From NCBI RefSeq assembly GCF_026626665.1, contig NZ_JAPNKE010000002.1, forward strand, positions 1,165,204 to 1,229,203: DNA of 64,000 nucleotides. Reading direction: 5' to 3'. Below the pieces are notes generated by a model. It worked only from the letters and a program-made list of their open reading frames with translations, made no database searches and was not told the origin of the DNA. Source of the DNA: Nannocystis pusilla (GTDB lineage Bacteria > Myxococcota_A > Polyangia > Nannocystales > Nannocystaceae). The position numbers and the translations under genes were made by a program. Positions 1 to 8,708 of the stretch are shown here, piece after piece. The stretch's first letter is position 1. Each line of letters opens with the position of its first letter.

Positions 1-425
1 ACACCAACGTCAAGGGCGTGTTCTTTACGGTGCAGAAGGCGCTGCCGCTGATGCCGGCCGGCGGCTCGGTGGTCCTGATCGCGTCGGGGCTGCACCAGAA
101 GGCGACGCCGTTCATGTCGGTGTACGGGGCGACCAAGGCGGCGGTGCGGCAGTTCGCTCGCACCTTCGCGGTCAAGCTGGCGCCGCGGAAGATCCGCGTC
201 AACTCGCTCAGCCCCGGCCTCACCGAGACGCCGATCCTGGTCAACATGGGCCTCGACGAGGCGACCATCGCCCACGTCAAGTCCTCGACCCACGGCGCCT
301 CGCCGCTCGGCCGCAGCGGCACGCCCGACGAGATCGCCAACGCGGCGGTGTTCCTCGCGTCCGACGAGTCGTCGTTCATGACCGCGGCCGACGTGGTGGC
401 CGACGGCGGGTACTCGCTGGTCTGA
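1..425 (+). CDS. Short-chain dehydrogenase/reductase (SDR), 5'-truncated at window edge
   Basis: The frame is open from position 1. A YxxxK active-site motif (YGATKAA) and PGxxxT are present, with an SDR C-terminal fold pattern. Stop at 423-425. Confidence 0.8.
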   Translation, partial: TNVKGVFFTVQKALPLMPAGGSVVLIASGLHQKATPFMSVYGATKAAVRQFARTFAVKLAPRKIRVNSLSPGLTETPILVNMGLDEATIAHVKSSTHGASPLGRSGTPDEIANAAVFLASDESSFMTAADVVADGGYSLV

Positions 426-426
426 C

Positions 427-612
427 CGGCTGTCCTCCGGGATAGGTGCGAGGCGGACGGCCGACTGCGGGCCGTCGCCTCGCCGGCTGTAAATAAACTG
501 TCCTCGGGGACAGGTGCGAGGCGACCGGGACGTCGCCTCGCCGGGTTCTATCGAATGTCCTCCGGGACAGGTGCGGGCGAGCGGCCGACCTGGGATCGGC
601 GTCGCCTCGCCG
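427..612. repeat. Intergenic tandem repeat, 3 copies of about 58-60 bp, each with nested hairpins (CTGTCC-TCGG-GGACAG and CGAGGCG...CGCCTCG)
   Basis: Direct reading shows three near-identical units beginning at about 427, 485 and 546, each built around ctgtcctc(c)ggg(g)acaggtgcg(a/g)ggcg...gtcgcctcgccgg. Confidence 0.7.
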
Positions 613-620
613 GAGGCGTC

Positions 621-1436
621 TCAGCCGTCCGCGGGCTCGCGCGGGGCGAGCACCTGGGCCTCGAGCGCGCGGCCGATCGGGCCGCGGCGGTCGCCGAGCT
701 CGGCGTCGACCAGGCCGAGGCCGTCGGGCTGTGAGACGTGGCGGGTCCGCAGGCGCACGAACTCGCCCTCGAGCGCGCGGTGGAGGTAGATGGTGAGGTC
801 GGCGTTGATGAAGGTCCAGCGGGCGAACTCGAGGGCGAAGCCGACGCCGTTGATCGCGTCGGCGGCGACGGCGACCCGCTGGGCCGGGCTCGGCGCCTCG
901 CCGGCGACCAGCCGACCGCGCAGCCGCAGCCACCCGTCCCCGAAGCCAGGTTCCAGAGGACATGTCCCGAGGCGCAGCTCCATCGCGGTGTGGTAGCCGA
1001 CGGGGTCGGGGAAGAAGTCGAAGGTCCCCTCGGGGAGGCCGCGCGGGTCGAGCGGGTCGTCTTCGGGCGCGAGCGCGGGCGGGACGGGGACGGCGGCGCG
1101 GCGGATGAACAGGGCGCCGGCGCGGGCGCACGGGCGGCCGTCGACCGCGAGGGTGCACTGCAGGCCGAGCGCCTGCCGGCCGGCGCGCAGCGGCTCGACG
1201 ACGAGGTCGCAGGCGGCGATCGGGACCGGGCGCAGGAAGTCGGTGGTGACGCGGGCGAGCTGGAAGTCACCGAGCTCGCCGGCGCGGCGCTCCATGGCCC
1301 GCAGCATGAGCGCGGTCGGTGGGCCGCCGTGCTGCAGCCGCAGGTCCCAGGGGCCGCGGGTCCAGGGGGTGGCGATGAAGCGGGCGGCGCGGTCTGCTTC
1401 GCCGTCGGGGAGGTAGAACGCCTCGTCGGGCCGCAT
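621..1436 (-). CDS. Thioesterase-like superfamily protein (acyl-CoA thioesterase TesB-like fold)
   Basis: 271-aa ORF with high GC3 codon usage. The overall pattern resembles 4HBT_3 / acyl-CoA thioesterase-like proteins. The family call is weak. Confidence 0.45.
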   Translation of the reverse strand: MRPDEAFYLPDGEADRAARFIATPWTRGPWDLRLQHGGPPTALMLRAMERRAGELGDFQLARVTTDFLRPVPIAACDLVVEPLRAGRQALGLQCTLAVDGRPCARAGALFIRRAAVPVPPALAPEDDPLDPRGLPEGTFDFFPDPVGYHTAMELRLGTCPLEPGFGDGWLRLRGRLVAGEAPSPAQRVAVAADAINGVGFALEFARWTFINADLTIYLHRALEGEFVRLRTRHVSQPDGLGLVDAELGDRRGPIGRALEAQVLAPREPADG

Positions 1437-1453
1437 GCGCGGCGAACGTTACT

Positions 1454-1834
1454 TCAAGCGAGGCCGAGGGTCCGCGTGAGGTGGCCGATGAACTGCTCCT
1501 CGGTCGCGGTGATCTTGCCGTCGGCGCGGGCGAGCTCGATGAGGTTGACCAGCACCGCGCTGCGCTGCTTCTCGCTCATCTGCTCCTTCATGAGGTGGGC
1601 GTAGGTCTCGGCCTGCGCGAGCCGCTCCTCGTCGCTGGCGATGCCGTTGACCCACGCGGCGGTGTCGACGATGACGCGGGAGATCTGGTCGCTCGTGGCG
1701 TCCGGCAGCCAGCCGTGCAGCACCCGCGCGATGGTGTCGATCTCCTCGTGGCTCAGCTCGCCGTCGGTGACGTGGCTGAAGGTGAGGTACACGAAGGCGA
1801 GGATGTGCAGGGCGGACGGGTTCTGCGGCTTCAT
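1454..1834 (-). CDS. TerB-like (tellurite resistance / DjlA N-terminal-type) domain protein
   Basis: 126 aa starting MKPQNPSALH... with two helical D/E-rich segments typical of TerB. The ATG at 1834 was confirmed on the reverse complement. The upstream part of the 441-aa ORF is a low-complexity, Arg-rich, GC-driven extension. Confidence 0.5.
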   Translation of the reverse strand: MKPQNPSALHILAFVYLTFSHVTDGELSHEEIDTIARVLHGWLPDATSDQISRVIVDTAAWVNGIASDEERLAQAETYAHLMKEQMSEKQRSAVLVNLIELARADGKITATEEQFIGHLTRTLGLA

Positions 1835-1908
1835 CGCCGGCGAGAATACCGCAAGCGAGTTCCGGGGACCGGCCGGGGCCCGTCCCGAGCGGCGCGAAGA
1901 TGCGCGGC

Positions 1909-2532
1909 TCAGTGGTGGTGATGACCGAACACGTCGCCGCCCTCGTGAGCGCCGGGCGCGAGCTCCATCGGCCGGTTGTTGCTGCGCGCGAACTGCACCG
2001 CCTCGCGCAGGCGCTCGAACAGCTGGCGATGGTTCGGCAGGCCGTACAGGAGCAGGTTCGGATGGGTCTGGTCGGTGCCGATGAGGGTGATCTTGGCGTT
2101 GTCGAAGATCCGGTCGAGGACGCTCTGCTCGTAGCGCACGTCGAGCACGCGCCACAGCTCGAGCGAGTCGAGCCGCCGGGTGATGACGCCCTTCTGGAAC
2201 TCGACCCGCCGGCGCGAGATCTTGTAGCGCGTGCTGATGTGCTGCAGGTACGACCACAGCAGCATCGGCGTGCCGATCAGGGCGAGCAGCCACAGCGGCT
2301 TGCCCCGGAGCGCCTCGATCTGCAACAGGCCGTAAGCGATGCCGCCGCCGAGGATGCATACGCCTACCCACCACAGGTAGGTGCCGATGTTGGCGCTGTG
2401 CTTGGCGATGCCCTCGAAGAAGAGCTCGTCGGTGGCCTGCGTCGGCGAGGAGCCGAGCGGCGGCTGCGCTTGCGGAGGCACTCCGGGGGCGAAAGGTTGG
2501 CCTGCGGCTCTTGCATGCGCCAAGGTTGGCAC
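1909..2532 (-). CDS. Membrane-flanked bacterial PH domain protein (bPH_2 / YdbS-YdbT-like)
   Basis: Two TM helices (YLWWVGVCILGGGIAYGLL, PLWLLALIGTPMLLWSYL) are followed by a short PH-like domain, the typical DUF304/bPH_2 architecture. The start codon is uncertain. Confidence 0.5.
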   Translation of the reverse strand: MPTLAHARAAGQPFAPGVPPQAQPPLGSSPTQATDELFFEGIAKHSANIGTYLWWVGVCILGGGIAYGLLQIEALRGKPLWLLALIGTPMLLWSYLQHISTRYKISRRRVEFQKGVITRRLDSLELWRVLDVRYEQSVLDRIFDNAKITLIGTDQTHPNLLLYGLPNHRQLFERLREAVQFARSNNRPMELAPGAHEGGDVFGHHHH

Positions 2533-2571
2533 GACGTCCGGGGCCGGCGCAATCGCCCGCCGTCCGCCCGC

Positions 2572-3102
2572 TCAGCTGGTCTTCGGGGCAGGTTCGAGGT
2601 CGAGCGTCGGGTCGTACCGGCGCCCGTCGGCCAGCGTGACGGGCGTGGCGGTGTGGGCCACGCCGTGCTCGCGCAGGGTGTCGTCGACGAGCTGCGCGAC
2701 CTGGCCGACCAGGGCGGTGCAGAAGCCGTGGCGAGCGGGACCGAGGAACTCGCCGTGCGGGCTCGTGAGGTTGTTGCACACGAGGTCGGGGCTGGAGCCG
2801 CGATCGAGCTCTGCCTCGACCCGCGCGAGATAACGGGTCATGGCAGCCCGCAAGGCCGGGGTGACCTTGCCGGTCGGGTCGGGATCGCCGAGGAACTCGC
2901 CGAGGAGCAGCTGGCCGGCCACGACCGCACCGCAGGTGCCCTGGCCGGTGATCCCGCCGCGCCGCAGCGATTGATATGCGGCGGGCGGGCGATCGAAGGC
3001 CTCGGCGAGGGCGATCCCGCAGGAGCGGTGGGCGGTGAGCACGCCCTCGTAAAGGACAAGCGCTTTGCTGCGAATCGGGCCGCGAGGCGTGCTGCCGCTC
3101 AT
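2572..3102 (-). CDS. C_GCAxxG_C_C family protein
   Basis: Diagnostic GTCGAVVAG motif and conserved Cys pattern in 176 aa. ATG at 3102 confirmed. The remainder of the 567-aa ORF is spurious. Confidence 0.5.
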   Translation of the reverse strand: MSGSTPRGPIRSKALVLYEGVLTAHRSCGIALAEAFDRPPAAYQSLRRGGITGQGTCGAVVAGQLLLGEFLGDPDPTGKVTPALRAAMTRYLARVEAELDRGSSPDLVCNNLTSPHGEFLGPARHGFCTALVGQVAQLVDDTLREHGVAHTATPVTLADGRRYDPTLDLEPAPKTS

Positions 3103-3177
3103 GGACCCCAGGATGCGCGCGAGCCCGCAGACGGGCAAGCGGTCGCGTCGGCGCGGAGGATGGTCTAGCTTGCCGAC

Positions 3178-4365
3178 ATGTCCTGGACCGACCCGCGCGC
3201 CGAGATCGAGGCGCTCACCGAGCGCTTGCGAGAGATCCGCCACGACCTCCATCGCCACCCGGAGCTGGGCTTCGAAGAGGTGCGCACGCAGGCGCTGGTC
3301 CGCGCGTGGCTCGAGGAGCGCGGATATCAGCCGCGCAATTGCGCAGAGACGGGGCTGGTGGCCGACCTGCACCCGCACGCGAGCGGGCCGACGATCGCGC
3401 TGCGGGCCGACCTCGACTGCCTGCCGATGCACGAGAGCACCGACCTGCCGTATCGCTCGATCCACGCCGGGCGCGCGCACAAGTGCGGCCACGACGGTCA
3501 CACGGCGATCCTGCTCGGGGTCGCCGACATCCTCGCGCGCCATCGCGAGTCGGTGCGCGGGGGCAACGTCCGCCTGGTCTTTCAGCCAGCCGAGGAGGGG
3601 GTCCGCGGCGGCGGCGCGAAGGTGATGGTGGACGCGGGCGCGCTGGCCGGCGTGCGCGAGATCTACGGGCTTCACAACTGGCCGGCGTACCCGAAAGGCG
3701 AGCTGCGCGTGCAGGTCGGGCCGATGCTGGCGCAGGTCCACATGCTTGCGATCACGGTCCGCGGCAAGGGCGGGCACGGCAGCCAGCCGCAATTGTGCCG
3801 CGATCCGATCGTGGCCGGGGCTCACCTCGTGACGGCGCTGCAGACCGTGGTGTCGCGCGGGCTCGGCTATGTCGGCGGGGCGGTGGTGTCCATCACGCAA
3901 TTCACGGCGGGCACGACGCACAACGTGATCCCCGACGTCGCGCACATGAAGGGCACGATCCGCACGTTCGACCCGAGCACCACCGAGCGGGTGCTGGAGC
4001 GCGTGCGCGAGGTGGTGAGCGGCACCGCGGCGACGTTCGCGGTGGACATCGACCTGCAGATCGAGGTCGGCTACCCGGTGACGATGAACGACGCGACCTG
4101 CGTGGACGCGGTGGTCCGCGTCGGCGCCGCCGTGCTCGGCCGCGAACGGGTGTCGAACGCGGGCCTGCCGCTCGCGGGCGGCGAAGACTTCGCTTACTTC
4201 GCGCAAGCGGTGCCGGCGGCGTACTTCTTCCTCGGGGCCCGCCGCGGCGACGAGGACACGCCGGTCTGCCACCACCCCGACTTCGACTTCGACGACGACC
4301 TCATCCCGACCGGCGTGGCGATGTTCCTCGGGATCGTCCGCGACCGCCTGGCCGCGCTGACATGA
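3178..4365 (+). CDS. M20D family amidohydrolase (N-acyl-L-amino acid amidohydrolase / hippurate hydrolase-like)
   Basis: Metal-binding motifs HKCGHDGH and FQPAEEG are present, with full-length M20 peptidase architecture. The stop overlaps the next gene start (ATGA). Confidence 0.85.
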   Translation: MSWTDPRAEIEALTERLREIRHDLHRHPELGFEEVRTQALVRAWLEERGYQPRNCAETGLVADLHPHASGPTIALRADLDCLPMHESTDLPYRSIHAGRAHKCGHDGHTAILLGVADILARHRESVRGGNVRLVFQPAEEGVRGGGAKVMVDAGALAGVREIYGLHNWPAYPKGELRVQVGPMLAQVHMLAITVRGKGGHGSQPQLCRDPIVAGAHLVTALQTVVSRGLGYVGGAVVSITQFTAGTTHNVIPDVAHMKGTIRTFDPSTTERVLERVREVVSGTAATFAVDIDLQIEVGYPVTMNDATCVDAVVRVGAAVLGRERVSNAGLPLAGGEDFAYFAQAVPAAYFFLGARRGDEDTPVCHHPDFDFDDDLIPTGVAMFLGIVRDRLAALT

Positions 4366-5177
4366 CGGGGCGCCCGATCGCCATCGTGACGGGGGCCTCG
4401 GCGGGGCTCGGCGAGACGTTCGCGCGGGCGATCGCCGCGCACCCGGCGTTCGCCGACCTGGCGCAGATCTGGCTCGTCGCGCGCCGCGAGCAGCGCCTGC
4501 ACGCGATCGCGCGCGAGCTGCCGCGCGGACTCGGGGTGCCGATCACGGCCGATCTGGCGACGCCGGCCGGGACCGAGGCCGTGCTCGCGCGCGTGCGAGA
4601 CGAACGACCTGCCGTGCGCCTGTTCGTGGCCTGCGCCGGCGTCGGGCACCTCGGGCCATTCGCCGACCAGGACGCCGAATCGCTGGCGCGCATGCTCGAC
4701 CTGAACATTCGCGCACTTTCCTTGCTGACACACGGGATTTTGCCCTGGATGGCTCGCGGCTCGCGGCTGGTGCTGGTCGCATCTGCGGCGGGGTATGTGC
4801 CTTCGCCCTATTTCGCGGCCTATGCAGCCAGCAAGAGCTTCGTGATCTCTCTGGCGTATGCGCTGCGCGAAGAGCTGCGGCCGCGTGGGATCGAGGTGTG
4901 CGCAGTGTGTCCAGGGCCGGTGGCGACCGAGTTCTTCGCGCTCGCCGGCGTGCGTGGGCCGATCTCCGAGGCCGCGACGCCGGAGCGGGTGGTGGCCCTA
5001 GCGCTGCGCGACGCGCTGGCCGGACGGGCCGTATCGCACGACGGCGTGGCCTCGGCTCTGGTGGCGCTGCTCGCCCGCGCGTTGCCGCGGCGGACGCTCG
5101 CCTGGCTCGCCGGTCGTCGCAATGTGCGACGTTCTCCCGCCACTGGTGCCACTCGCGGCGGACGCGAAGGCGCGTAA
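4362..5177 (+). CDS. SDR family oxidoreductase
   Basis: N-terminal IAIVTGASAGLG Rossmann motif and a YAASK active site. The start ATG at 4362 overlaps the upstream stop. It is the in-frame second half of the 623-aa track ORF. Confidence 0.8.
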   Translation: MTGRPIAIVTGASAGLGETFARAIAAHPAFADLAQIWLVARREQRLHAIARELPRGLGVPITADLATPAGTEAVLARVRDERPAVRLFVACAGVGHLGPFADQDAESLARMLDLNIRALSLLTHGILPWMARGSRLVLVASAAGYVPSPYFAAYAASKSFVISLAYALREELRPRGIEVCAVCPGPVATEFFALAGVRGPISEAATPERVVALALRDALAGRAVSHDGVASALVALLARALPRRTLAWLAGRRNVRRSPATGATRGGREGA

Positions 5178-5295
5178 AATCCGGGGGTCGGGCGAGAAAG
5201 CGAGCGGGCGAAATCCCCAGGATTGCCAAGCGCGAGGGCCCGTGCAAAAACCATAACCCCACGGCCCTTCAGCCTGGCAAATCCCTGGCTTTCCC

Positions 5296-6643
5296 ATGTC
5301 TTCTCTTCCCCAACTCGACGCGATCGCGACCCTGCTGAACCAGGGCGCCGCGGATTCGGCGGTCCGCTTGTTGCGAAGCTGTTGGGAGCCCGATCTCCCG
5401 CCCGACGACCTCGTGCGGATGTACTGCATGTGGGTCCGCGGGTTGTGTGAGACCGGTGAACTCGACCACGCGCTGACGCTGGCCCGCAGGGCCGCGAACG
5501 ATTTCCGCGCGAGCCCGACGTCCTGATCGCGCTCGGCAACGTGCAGGATCTGGTCGGCGACCTCGAGAAGGCCCGCGAGGCGTTCGAATCGGCGATCGAT
5601 CACGACCCGGGCGGCGGCCTGCAGCACTACAACCTCGGCGCGGTGCTCGAGCGACTCGGGCGCGAGATGGACGCGGAGGTCTGTTATCGCCGGGCCAACG
5701 AGTGCGACCCGCACGGCGGGATGTACGAGGCGATCGCGGCGCTCGGGGCGTTGCTGCGGCGCCAGGGTCGGCTCGAAGAGGCCGAACAGATCTACGACCT
5801 CTACCTCAGCGACGACTCGATCAACGTCGAGATCCTGGTCGAGCACGGCATCTGTCTGTCCGACCTCGACCGCCTCGACGAGGCGATCGATCGCTTCGAC
5901 TTCGCGCTGAGCCTCGACCCCGAGACGCGGGGGCGCAGTACAACAAGGCGATCACGCTCTATCGCCTCGGTCGCTACGAGCAAGCCCTGGGCGCGCTCGA
6001 GCGGGCCCGCCAGCTCGACAAGGGCAACGCGCTGACGCTCGCGGTGCTCGGCGGTTGGCGCCTGTCGGCCGCCGATTGCGACCTCGACGAGGCGCTCGGC
6101 CTGCTCTACGGCGCGCTCGATCTGCTCGAGCGGCGCTACGCCCAGGACCCCGGGCAGCTCGGCTACTGCAGCCTGGTCGCGGAGGAGATCTTCGAAGCGC
6201 TGTGGCAGAACGGCCGCCAGGGCGAGGCCCGCGAGGTCGCGCGGCTGGCCGGCCAGCGCGAGTGGATCACGCCGCACATCCTCGACTGTCTCAACGAGGC
6301 GGACCACGGGCGCTCGCCGCAGGTCAGCATGTACACGGTGGTCGCGCGCGCGGAGGCCGGCGAGCGGCCCGAGCACTGGCCCGAGAACACCGACGGCTAC
6401 ACCACCGGTTTGACCGTGCTGGCCACCGACGAGAACGAGGCGCGCGAGTTCTGCCTGCAGTATCTGCGGTCGATCGAGCCGTCGCCCGACATCCGCTTCA
6501 CCCTCGACGTGGTGCCGCCGCAGTCGCCGAGCGACCCGAGCCCGTCGCTCGAGATGATGGCCGAGCTGCGCGGCGCGATGCAGCCGCGGCCGCGCGGCGT
6601 CGCGCGAGTCCACGGCCAGCGGGCCTACACGTTCCGCACCTGA
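5296..6643 (+). pseudogene. TPR-repeat protein interrupted by two frameshifts (at about 5515 and 5935)
   Basis: Three consecutive ORFs in frames 1, 0 and 2 each encode TPR-like helical repeats (e.g. AQYNKAITLYRLGRYEQALGALERARQLD). The repeats are continuous across the frame changes. Confidence 0.5.
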
Positions 6644-6778
6644 TCGCCGCGCGCTGCAACGTGTTGCAGCGGCCGAACGGGGCTTTTGGGCCGCAATGGC
6701 CAGTCCCTGGCGGGTCGTGCAGGCGTGTGCGACCCTGCCGTGGTCGACTGTTTTGACTTGCGAGATCGGAGACCGGTG

Positions 6779-8581
6779 ATGCGAACTTCCCTGTTGTTGT
6801 GTGCGGCGCTCGGCGCGGCGTGGACCCTGGCGATCCCGCAGACCGCCGAGGCGTGCGGCGGCGTGTTCTGCGACGGCGGCCTGCCGAACGCGATGCCCGT
6901 CAATCAGGACGGCGAGAACGTGCTCTTCGTCCTCAATCAGAACGAGGTCGAGGTCCACATCCAGATCAGCATCGACCCCAACACCAACGCGCAGAAGTTC
7001 GCGTGGCTGATCCCGATCGCCCAGATCCCCGAGTTCGAGGTCGGCTCGCAGCCGCTGTTCGACGCGCTGCTGAACTCGTCGGTGCCGACGTACCAGCTGC
7101 AGCAGACGTTCGAGGTGTGCGGCGAGGACGGCATCTCCGGCGGGATCACGACCAACGCGACGGGCACCGGCGCCCCCGGTGACTCGGCCGGCGGCAGCAC
7201 CAGCGGCGCCGACACCGACGGCGGCGAGGACCCGGTGGTGTTCAAGACCACCGCGGGCGCGTTCGAGATCGTGGTGCTGCAAGATCAGACGATCGAGCCG
7301 ATCAAGCAGTGGCTGATCGACAACGACTATCAGTGGATCGACGGCTCGGAGATGGTGCTGCAGCAGTACCTCGACGAGGGCCAGGTGATCGTCGCGCTCA
7401 AGCTGGCGGCCGGGTCGGACGGCGGCGACGTGCACCCGATCGTGCTGCGCTACCCGTCGAACGAGAACTGCTTCCCGCTGCGGCTGACGCGGTTCGCGTC
7501 GATCGAGAACATGGACATCCGCGTGTTCGTGCTCGGCAATAGCCGCGCGGCGCCGACCAACTACCGCCACGTCCTCGTCAATCCGCTGAAGATCGACTGG
7601 CTGCAATTCGCGGCCAACTACAAGGACGTCATCACCAAGGCGGTCGACGACCTCGAGGCCGAGGGCCTGGCGTTCGTGACCGAGTACGCCGGGCCGTCGA
7701 GCGTGGTCCAGCCGTTCGCGTTCAACTTCTACAGCACGTCGTGGAACGAGTCGGCGTTCGTCGGTCTGCCGCCCGAACAGGTCGTAAGCACGCTCAACGA
7801 CCAGGGCCTGGCGAACTGCTTCGGCGCCGACTTCTGCTTCTACAACCACCCGCTGGTGGAGAGCCTGCTCAACGACTTCTTGCCGGTGCCCGACGGCCTG
7901 TCGGCGGAGGAGTTCTACGCCAACCTGCCGGCCTACGCCGACCAGATCGACGCGATGGCGTGGGGCGACGGCAGCGCGTTCGCGCAGGCGCTCGACAGCC
8001 GGATCATCGCCCCCGGCGAGCGCGCGCAGGAGCTGATCGACACCTACCCGTACCTGACGCGCATGTACACGGTCATCTCGCCCAACGAGATGATCGCGGA
8101 CCCGATCTTCCACATCAACCCGGATCTGCCGGAGGTGCCGAGCTTCCGCTCGGCCACCGAGTACAACCTGTGCGACGGCAACAGCGTGGTCACGCTGCCC
8201 GACGAGCGCGAGATCTTCGTGCCGGGCGGCGGGCCGTGGCCGGACTTCATCGGCGAGATGTGGTGGGCCGAGGAGGTCCAGCAGGTCGCCCTCAAGGGCA
8301 AGCCGATGCACCTCGTCAACAACACCGCCGCGATCAACAAGAAGATCGAGGAGTGGAACCTGGCCCACGGCTGGCCCCGCTTCCCCGAGGGCGCGCCGAC
8401 GACCAGCGCCAGCGATACGGACACCGACAGCTCGGGCAGCAGCGGGCCCGACTCTGCCACCGGCGGCGGCGGGCAGAACGACGCCGCCGGCTGCGGCTGC
8501 CGCAGCGACGGCGCGCCGGGCGGGGGCCTGCTCGCGCTCGTGGGGCTCGGTCTGCTGGCCAGCCGGCGACGCCGTCGCTGA
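6779..8581 (+). CDS. Secreted protein with C-terminal MYXO-CTERM-like sorting domain (DUF2330-like)
   Basis: Signal peptide MRTSLLLCAALGAAWTLAIPQTAEA. The C-terminus reads ...AAGCGCRSDGAPGGGLLALVGLGLLASRRRRR, i.e. GCGC motif, hydrophobic span and Arg cluster. ATG at 6779 confirmed. Confidence 0.7.
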   Translation: MRTSLLLCAALGAAWTLAIPQTAEACGGVFCDGGLPNAMPVNQDGENVLFVLNQNEVEVHIQISIDPNTNAQKFAWLIPIAQIPEFEVGSQPLFDALLNSSVPTYQLQQTFEVCGEDGISGGITTNATGTGAPGDSAGGSTSGADTDGGEDPVVFKTTAGAFEIVVLQDQTIEPIKQWLIDNDYQWIDGSEMVLQQYLDEGQVIVALKLAAGSDGGDVHPIVLRYPSNENCFPLRLTRFASIENMDIRVFVLGNSRAAPTNYRHVLVNPLKIDWLQFAANYKDVITKAVDDLEAEGLAFVTEYAGPSSVVQPFAFNFYSTSWNESAFVGLPPEQVVSTLNDQGLANCFGADFCFYNHPLVESLLNDFLPVPDGLSAEEFYANLPAYADQIDAMAWGDGSAFAQALDSRIIAPGERAQELIDTYPYLTRMYTVISPNEMIADPIFHINPDLPEVPSFRSATEYNLCDGNSVVTLPDEREIFVPGGGPWPDFIGEMWWAEEVQQVALKGKPMHLVNNTAAINKKIEEWNLAHGWPRFPEGAPTTSASDTDTDSSGSSGPDSATGGGGQNDAAGCGCRSDGAPGGGLLALVGLGLLASRRRRR

Positions 8582-8595
8582 GGCGACGACGCGGG

Positions 8596-8700
8596 TCCGG
8601 GAGCCCGCGTTCGTCCTTCGATGATCCGAAGGGCATGTCCTCGCGGACATGCCCTTCAGACCATGGTCTGCGGGGCATGTCCGAGAGGACATGCCCGAAG
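8596..8700. repeat. Cluster of CATG-centred palindromic hairpins (REP/BIME-like) between convergent genes
   Basis: Reads ccttcgATGATCcgaagg, then GGGCATGTCC-tcgc-GGACATGCCC, ACCATGGTC, then GGGGCATGTCC-gagag-GACATGCCC. These are perfect 10-bp stems with 4-5 nt loops. Confidence 0.65.
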
Positions 8701-8708
8701 AGTCAGCC

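Noticed and set aside
5801-8692. 963-aa ORF on the minus strand. Similar giant ORFs: 18901..21294 (-), 24270..27176 (+), 28459..30309 (+), 30545..32791 (+), 36607..38958 (-), 44838..46793 (-), 46630..49638 (-), 51089..54004 (-), 51847..54378 (+), 61598..63280 (-).
   Set aside because: These are Arg/Gly/Pro-rich low-complexity translations lying antisense to, or in alternative frames of, well-supported genes. At about 72% GC, stop codons are rare in every frame. No family resemblance was found.
8596-8700. RRRCATGYYY units resemble the eukaryotic p53 response-element half-site
   Set aside because: This is a coincidental property of a CATG-centred purine/pyrimidine palindrome and has no biological relevance in a bacterium.
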